Below are positions 58,859 to 64,000 of a DNA stretch of 64,000 bases, in pieces. The DNA comes from an uncultured Desulfobacter sp. (GTDB lineage: Bacteria > Desulfobacterota > Desulfobacteria > Desulfobacterales > Desulfobacteraceae). Under the pieces are notes generated by a model. That model made no database searches. It was not told the DNA's origin and saw only the letters and a program-made list of their open reading frames with translations. Both the position numbers and the translations under genes were made by a program. The DNA lies in NCBI GenBank assembly GCA_963665095.1, contig OY762069.1, forward strand, positions 1,248,001 through 1,312,000, read 5' to 3'. Position 1 is the stretch's first letter. Every line of letters starts with the position of its first letter.

Positions 58859-61171
58859 ATGGCAGGAAATAAAAAGTTTGAAGTTGGTTTCAATCTATCG
58901 GCAGCCCTGACCCCCGCCTTTTCTGGCACCCTGGGAAAAGCATCAAAACAAATGTCAAGGTTTGGGGCCGTCATAAAGCAGGCGGAAACCGGGCAAAAAA
59001 GTATTAAACGATTCTCTGAGCTAAGGTACGGTTTGAACGAGACGAAAACCGCCCTTGTGGATGCCAGGGCAAAGGCGGCAGCCCTTAAAAAAGAGTTTGA
59101 CAATACAGCCAAACCCACTAAAAAGCTGTCCGCCCAGGTGGCAGCCGCCCATAAAAATGTCCATAGGCTGGAAACAAAGCTGAGATCCCAGCGCCGTGCC
59201 CTTGGGGCGGCGAAAGGCGGACTTGACCAGGCTGGTATCTCCACCCGAAATCTGGCCAAAGAAAACAGCCGCCTGGCTGCATCCATTGACAAGGCAAAGG
59301 CCGCACAAAACAGGCTTAACAGGGCCAGGGCAACAATGGCCGGTGCAAAGCCTAAAATGGGCAGCATGGGGGGCAAGGCCATGGCCGCCGGTGCGATTAC
59401 CGGCGCGGCCATGGCCGCCCCTATTTTTTCCACGGCTTCATTGAACCAGGAAATGTCACGGGTCCAGGCCCTTTCTGGTGCCACGCAGGCGGAATACAAT
59501 AAAATGCGGGCATTGGCTGGCAGCCTGGGAGAAACCACCAGCTTTACGGCAAAGCAGGCAGCCGAGGGCATGAGCTATTTGTCAATGGCCGGCTTTAAAG
59601 TCAATGAAACAATGGCGGCCATGCCGGGCGTTTTAAATGTTGCTAAGGCAGCCGGTGAAGACCTGGGCCTGACGGCGGATATTGCAAGTAATATCCTTTC
59701 AGGGTTTGGTATTAAGGCCACGGAAATGGGGCGCGTGGGTGATGTGCTGACCCAGACCTTTACAAGTTCAAATACGAACCTGGCGGACCTGGGGGAAACA
59801 ATGAAGACGGCGGCCCCTATGGCCAAAATTTTGGGGGTTTCCCTTGAAGAAACGGCGGCCATGGCTGGCCTACTTGCGAACGTCGGTATCAAGGGCAGCC
59901 TTGCCGGTACGGGCATACAGGCCACAATGTCCAGGCTTGCCGCGCCAAAAGGCCCTGGTGCTGACGCCATGGCAAGCCTGGGAGTGAATTCCAGGGATGA
60001 AATGGGGAACGCCCGGAATGTAATAGAGGTTTTAGGCGATCTATCCGAAGCCATGGAAGGCATGGGTACCGGTGAAAAAACTTCATATCTTAAAGATATT
60101 TTTGGCCAGGAGCATTTCAAAACGGCGGCAAGTTTGCTTGAAGTTGGAACGGTTGGGATAAGGAAATATCACAATGAGATTCAGCAGGCCCATAAGATTG
60201 GCAAGGCCTCCCAGGTTGCCAGAATCATGGATGATAACGAGATTGGACGCTGGCAGGGTTTTAAATCCGCAGTTGACGGCGCAGCCCGCGTCCTTGGGGA
60301 TGCCCTGGCCCCCGCTGTAAATTCCGTTTTGTCTGGTATGACGCGCGCTGTGCGCGGGGTCACGGCCTGGATGAAGGGACACAAAACCATTGCAAAGGTT
60401 GTTGCCTGGTCCGTGCCAATTATAGGCGGTCTTACCACGGCAGCCCTGGGCCTTGGCGCTGCCCTTGCTGGGATAAAGTTTGCCGTTGCCGGGCTGGCCG
60501 TTCTTGGGCCGGTGTTTGGCGGTATCAAGGCCGCCTTTGCCGGGCTGTCAGTTGTTGGCCCTATTATTGCCGGTGCCAAAGCGCTTTTTGCCGGGCTGGC
60601 CATTGTGACCGCTCCGATATCCGGAACAGTGCTTGCCATTGGTGCGGCTGTCGTTGGTGTGGGTGCCGCTGTTTATCAGGTTTATAAGCATTGGGACAAG
60701 CTGAAGGGGTGTATTGCTGAATTATGGGGAAATTTGACAAAGGCCATTGATAAAATGGCTGTCTTTTCAAAAATGGGCGGCTGGCTGAAAGATAAATTTT
60801 CTTTTTCAATTTTTGGTGATTCTAAAAATAAGGAAAAGGGCGGCAAGCCAGGAAAAACTTTTTCCAATATACCAAAGACAAACGGACAGATTTCTGATAA
60901 ATCCAAAAATGTAAACGATTTGGTAAATCAGTTAAAAAACAATACCGGAAACAATCAAGCTGAGATGCTTAAAAAGGCGGCCGGCCTTTCCCGGTCTGTT
61001 AAAGGGGCAGAGATAAACCAAACGGTTGCCCCGGTTATCAATATCGCTCCCGGTGTTGATGCCAAAGGAGTGAAAGCAGCAATCTCCCAAAGCATGACAG
61101 AAACAAAGGAGTCTATGAAAACAGCCCTTGAAAACGTTTTAGCCCAGGAACGGCGGCTTGCTTATGAGTGA
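58859..61171 (+). CDS. Tail tape measure protein (TP901 family core)
   Basis: FTAKQAAEGM.YL.MAG, NT.L..LGE.MK, GIKGS.AGT. Confidence 0.92.
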   Translation: MAGNKKFEVGFNLSAALTPAFSGTLGKASKQMSRFGAVIKQAETGQKSIKRFSELRYGLNETKTALVDARAKAAALKKEFDNTAKPTKKLSAQVAAAHKNVHRLETKLRSQRRALGAAKGGLDQAGISTRNLAKENSRLAASIDKAKAAQNRLNRARATMAGAKPKMGSMGGKAMAAGAITGAAMAAPIFSTASLNQEMSRVQALSGATQAEYNKMRALAGSLGETTSFTAKQAAEGMSYLSMAGFKVNETMAAMPGVLNVAKAAGEDLGLTADIASNILSGFGIKATEMGRVGDVLTQTFTSSNTNLADLGETMKTAAPMAKILGVSLEETAAMAGLLANVGIKGSLAGTGIQATMSRLAAPKGPGADAMASLGVNSRDEMGNARNVIEVLGDLSEAMEGMGTGEKTSYLKDIFGQEHFKTAASLLEVGTVGIRKYHNEIQQAHKIGKASQVARIMDDNEIGRWQGFKSAVDGAARVLGDALAPAVNSVLSGMTRAVRGVTAWMKGHKTIAKVVAWSVPIIGGLTTAALGLGAALAGIKFAVAGLAVLGPVFGGIKAAFAGLSVVGPIIAGAKALFAGLAIVTAPISGTVLAIGAAVVGVGAAVYQVYKHWDKLKGCIAELWGNLTKAIDKMAVFSKMGGWLKDKFSFSIFGDSKNKEKGGKPGKTFSNIPKTNGQISDKSKNVNDLVNQLKNNTGNNQAEMLKKAAGLSRSVKGAEINQTVAPVINIAPGVDAKGVKAAISQSMTETKESMKTALENVLAQERRLAYE

Positions 61172-61364
61172 GTACAAAACTGTTCAGGGTGACACCTTTG
61201 ATATTATCGCCCTTAAAATTTGGGGTGATGAAAAAAAAGCTTGCCACCTGTTAGGAGCAAACCCCGGCATTAAGAATCTTTTTTTTCTCAATGCCGGGGT
61301 GTCAATAATTATTCCAGAAATTGAAACCACGTCAATGGATCCGGTGCCGCCATGGCAAAGATAA
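61164..61364 (+). CDS. Tail protein X
   Basis: YKTVQGDTFD.IA...ANP...PPW. Confidence 0.85.
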   Translation: MSEYKTVQGDTFDIIALKIWGDEKKACHLLGANPGIKNLFFLNAGVSIIIPEIETTSMDPVPPWQR

Positions 61365-62365
61365 GACAGGCCTTTTTAGATTTGACATATGATGGGCGTG
61401 ATATCAGCCGGGATATTTCAGGATTTTTGATAGACTTTTCCTATACTGATTACATTGGCGGCAAGGCAGATGATTTGCAAATCACGGTTGAAAACCGGGC
61501 TGGGCTTTGGTCTGGATCCTGGTTTCCTGGTAAGGGTGCTATGCTAACCGCGTCAATCAAAAGCAGCTTGTGTGGCAAGGACTCTATTTTAAAATGTGGT
61601 GTTTTTGCCGTGGATGAAATCACAGCCCAAGGGCCGCCCGATACAGTTACTATAAAAGCCGTTTCCAGCTTAACCGCCAAGGCTTTTAAGCGTGTGAATA
61701 AATCCAGGCCCTGGCAAAGCATCACTTTAAAAACGATCATGAATGATATAGCGACGGAACACAGCCTTGGTGCTTTTTTCCAGGCAAGTGAAGACCCGCA
61801 ATATATCCGGCTTGATCAGAAAGAGGAATCAGACCTTGCCTTTTTAAACCGGATTTGCCGTGAAAATGATTTATCTTTAAAAGTATCAGACGAAAAAATC
61901 ATTATCTTTGAAGGCAAACAGCTTGAACAGGTGGCCCCGGTTCGAATCGTTGAAAAAGGTGTAAGCGATCTATCCAGATACACCTTGAAGTCAAAAACTT
62001 TTGATGTTTATCGGGCCTGTGAAATTACTTACATGGACCCGACTGAGAAGGCAGAGAAAACTTTCACCTTCACCCCGCCTGGTGCTCCTGATGTTGGCCA
62101 GGTTTTAAAATTAAACAGACGGGTGGAGAGTTTAGCCCAGGCTGAAAGGGTGGCCATGGGTAGCCTGAAGCGAAAAAACCAAGAGGAAATAACCGGAAAC
62201 TTTGATCTGATGGGAGATACTGTTCTATTGGCCGGCTTGACCCATGCCGTTAATGGCTTTGGTGCTTTTGATGGAAAGTATATCATTGATGAAGCCAGGC
62301 ACAGCAGTGACAAGGACGGCGGATATTCAACGGCAATTAAATCAAGGAAGGTTTTAGGGTGGTGA
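61352..62365 (+). CDS. Late control D / baseplate hub
   Basis: Q..ESDLAFL.R, G.FDGKY.I. Confidence 0.85.
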   Translation: MAKIRQAFLDLTYDGRDISRDISGFLIDFSYTDYIGGKADDLQITVENRAGLWSGSWFPGKGAMLTASIKSSLCGKDSILKCGVFAVDEITAQGPPDTVTIKAVSSLTAKAFKRVNKSRPWQSITLKTIMNDIATEHSLGAFFQASEDPQYIRLDQKEESDLAFLNRICRENDLSLKVSDEKIIIFEGKQLEQVAPVRIVEKGVSDLSRYTLKSKTFDVYRACEITYMDPTEKAEKTFTFTPPGAPDVGQVLKLNRRVESLAQAERVAMGSLKRKNQEEITGNFDLMGDTVLLAGLTHAVNGFGAFDGKYIIDEARHSSDKDGGYSTAIKSRKVLGW

Positions 62366-62366
62366 T

Positions 62367-62825
62367 ATGATCCGGGATCTTGAAAAAAGAATTATGGCCC
62401 TTGAAACCAGGTTAAATCAAATGATCCGGATTGGAAAAGTTTCTACTATTGACCCTGCAGCGGGAACCGCCCGGGTAATCCTTCCTGATTCTGGCGGGGT
62501 CGTTTCCTATGATTTGCCTATCCTTTTCAAGAAAACACAGAATGATAAATATTATTCAATGCCGGATATCGGGGAGCAAGTTTTGTGTTTGTTCCTTCCC
62601 AACGGCCAGGAACAAGGCTTTATTATAGGCTCTTTTTTTTCCCAAATTGATTCCACGCCGGTAAACGATCCGGATAAAACGCATGTTAAGTTCAGGGACA
62701 ATACGAGCATGGAATATGACCGTAAAAAACATAGATTGACAGTTAATATAAAGGGGCGGGTCTTAGTGAATGCTACGGGGCCGATTGAAATAATCGGATC
62801 AACAATAGATTTGAACAGGGGATAA
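62367..62825 (+). CDS. Baseplate assembly protein V (spike)
   Basis: IRIGKVS, MPDIGEQVLCL, YDR..H.L. Confidence 0.88.
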   Translation: MIRDLEKRIMALETRLNQMIRIGKVSTIDPAAGTARVILPDSGGVVSYDLPILFKKTQNDKYYSMPDIGEQVLCLFLPNGQEQGFIIGSFFSQIDSTPVNDPDKTHVKFRDNTSMEYDRKKHRLTVNIKGRVLVNATGPIEIIGSTIDLNRG

Positions 62826-63140
62826 ATGGCAGCGATCACACGTAACGGGGATCTTTCCATGGGCATATGTGCATGTTGTTGTCCGTCATGCCCCCATGGG
62901 TGGGTCAGTGTGCATGTGGGCGGTAGCTCTAATGTTCGGGCCAACAACATGGGTGTTATGAGGGATCAGGATATAGGCGTGTCAAATTGCCCGCATTGCC
63001 CTACATCGTTTGCCGTTACGGCATCCCGGACTGTTCGGGCCAATGGCCGGGGCGTGCACCGGTTAGGTGATGTGCATAATGTTGCTTGTGGCAGCGGCCT
63101 TGTTATTTCTGCTTCATCTAATATTTTTGCGGGGGTTTAA
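62826..63140 (+). CDS. PAAR-like spike tip protein
   Basis: R.GD, GSSNV.AN, ANGRGVHRLGD, AS.NIF.G. Confidence 0.8.
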   Translation: MAAITRNGDLSMGICACCCPSCPHGWVSVHVGGSSNVRANNMGVMRDQDIGVSNCPHCPTSFAVTASRTVRANGRGVHRLGDVHNVACGSGLVISASSNIFAGV

Positions 63141-63142
63141 AC

Positions 63143-64000
63143 ATGTCTGAATTTGCCATAGAGGTGAATGAATCAAAGCTTGGATTTGCTGTTTTATGTA
63201 AGTGCCTTGATCTTCATCACATTGCTGTGACGTTGCGTGATCTCGGTTTAGCTGAATTTTTTCCAGATGTATCCATTCAATTTAAGGATGTTTGTTCGGT
63301 ACTTAGATTTGGCGTCAGCGCAAAAATTGCCTGGACCGGGCAGTCAATGACCAAGGCGGATTCTGTGCCGGATGACACCCGGGTACCGGCAACGGTAGAA
63401 ATCAATGACGCCCTTATCAGCTTGATGTATAACGCAGCCGTAGCAAAAGGCATCACTCTTTCTGAATCATATGTATTCACAGCAGTGGACGGCGAATACA
63501 TAGAAGCATCAAAAACATGGTCAGGCGCAGCAAAAATATATCTTGATATGATGTCTTTGGCTGATGAGCTTACCATGTTTAAAATTGTATTCGGTGATTT
63601 GTACTTGGGCACAGTAGATATTAATCGCAGTCCTGGGCAGGTGATCCCGTTCGCGAGTTGTCCGCTGCCACTGGCCCATACTGCAGTGGGTTTTTCTATT
63701 GCAAACTGGTCCGGGATAAAGGCGGCGGCTGGGGATTACATCAATAACCTAATGCGCTTACCTGCTCTGGATGTTTTCGCGTTGTCTCCTGGTGAACTAT
63801 CCACAAGTGTTTCAAGCATTACCGTTTCAGGCGTTGTTCACCCTTCAGACGCGACTTTAACTATTTTTGACTGTTCTGCAGGTGGGGCTATTATTGCCGT
63901 CATGGAAGCGGAAGGATCAAACGGGGTTCAGTTTGCATCCGGAACATGGTTGTCTGGCGCATCTGTCCGGGTGGTTGTGGCCACGGCATCCGCCCCGTCA
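63143..64000 (+). CDS. Hypothetical phage protein (partial, runs off window)
   Basis: Open frame from ATG 63143 (MSEFAIEVNE...) to the window end. Confidence 0.55.
   Translation, partial: MSEFAIEVNESKLGFAVLCKCLDLHHIAVTLRDLGLAEFFPDVSIQFKDVCSVLRFGVSAKIAWTGQSMTKADSVPDDTRVPATVEINDALISLMYNAAVAKGITLSESYVFTAVDGEYIEASKTWSGAAKIYLDMMSLADELTMFKIVFGDLYLGTVDINRSPGQVIPFASCPLPLAHTAVGFSIANWSGIKAAAGDYINNLMRLPALDVFALSPGELSTSVSSITVSGVVHPSDATLTIFDCSAGGAIIAVMEAEGSNGVQFASGTWLSGASVRVVVATASAPS

Larger units (their letters stand above)
33259..64000. mobile_element. Prophage 2 (left part): lambda-like head with P2-like contractile tail
   Basis: Integrase at the left edge, then replication, packaging, head and tail modules. 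Confidence 0.92.

Noticed and set aside
62826..63140. Type VI secretion system or tailocin
   Set aside because: PAAR, sheath and tube sit in a complete phage with capsid, portal and terminase.

Overview
Deltaproteobacterial (Desulfobacterales-like) chromosome segment with two prophages around a ~6 kb host island. Prophage 1 (<1-27152) runs from terminase, replication and recombination genes (minus strand) through a cro/cI switch to a plus-strand accessory arm. That arm carries an inserted 4-gene DDE-transposase/ExeA-ATPase element, HigBA and HicAB toxin-antitoxin pairs, a DUF5131 protein, an adenine methyltransferase and xis-int, and ends at a 45-bp 3' half of tRNA-Lys(CTT). The host island encodes GspC-like, YidD-like and TPR proteins, a MoxR-AAA/vWA operon and a candidate ~200-nt structured RNA. 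Prophage 2 (~33259->64000) begins exactly where an FMN riboswitch is cut off after ~29 nt. It carries an atypical tyrosine integrase, helicase/Sak4/SSB, a repressor with dispersed operators, a two-frame C5 methyltransferase inside 58-bp direct repeats, a primase-helicase with an iteron origin, ThyX, a lambda-like head/packaging module and a P2-like contractile tail. The most notable signals are integration into a riboswitch, an array of 20-bp palindromic motifs inside the adenine methyltransferase gene, the dual-frame methyltransferase cassette and a helically phased repeat array beside an Xis-like HTH gene. All product calls come from motif recognition by eye; no database searches were run.
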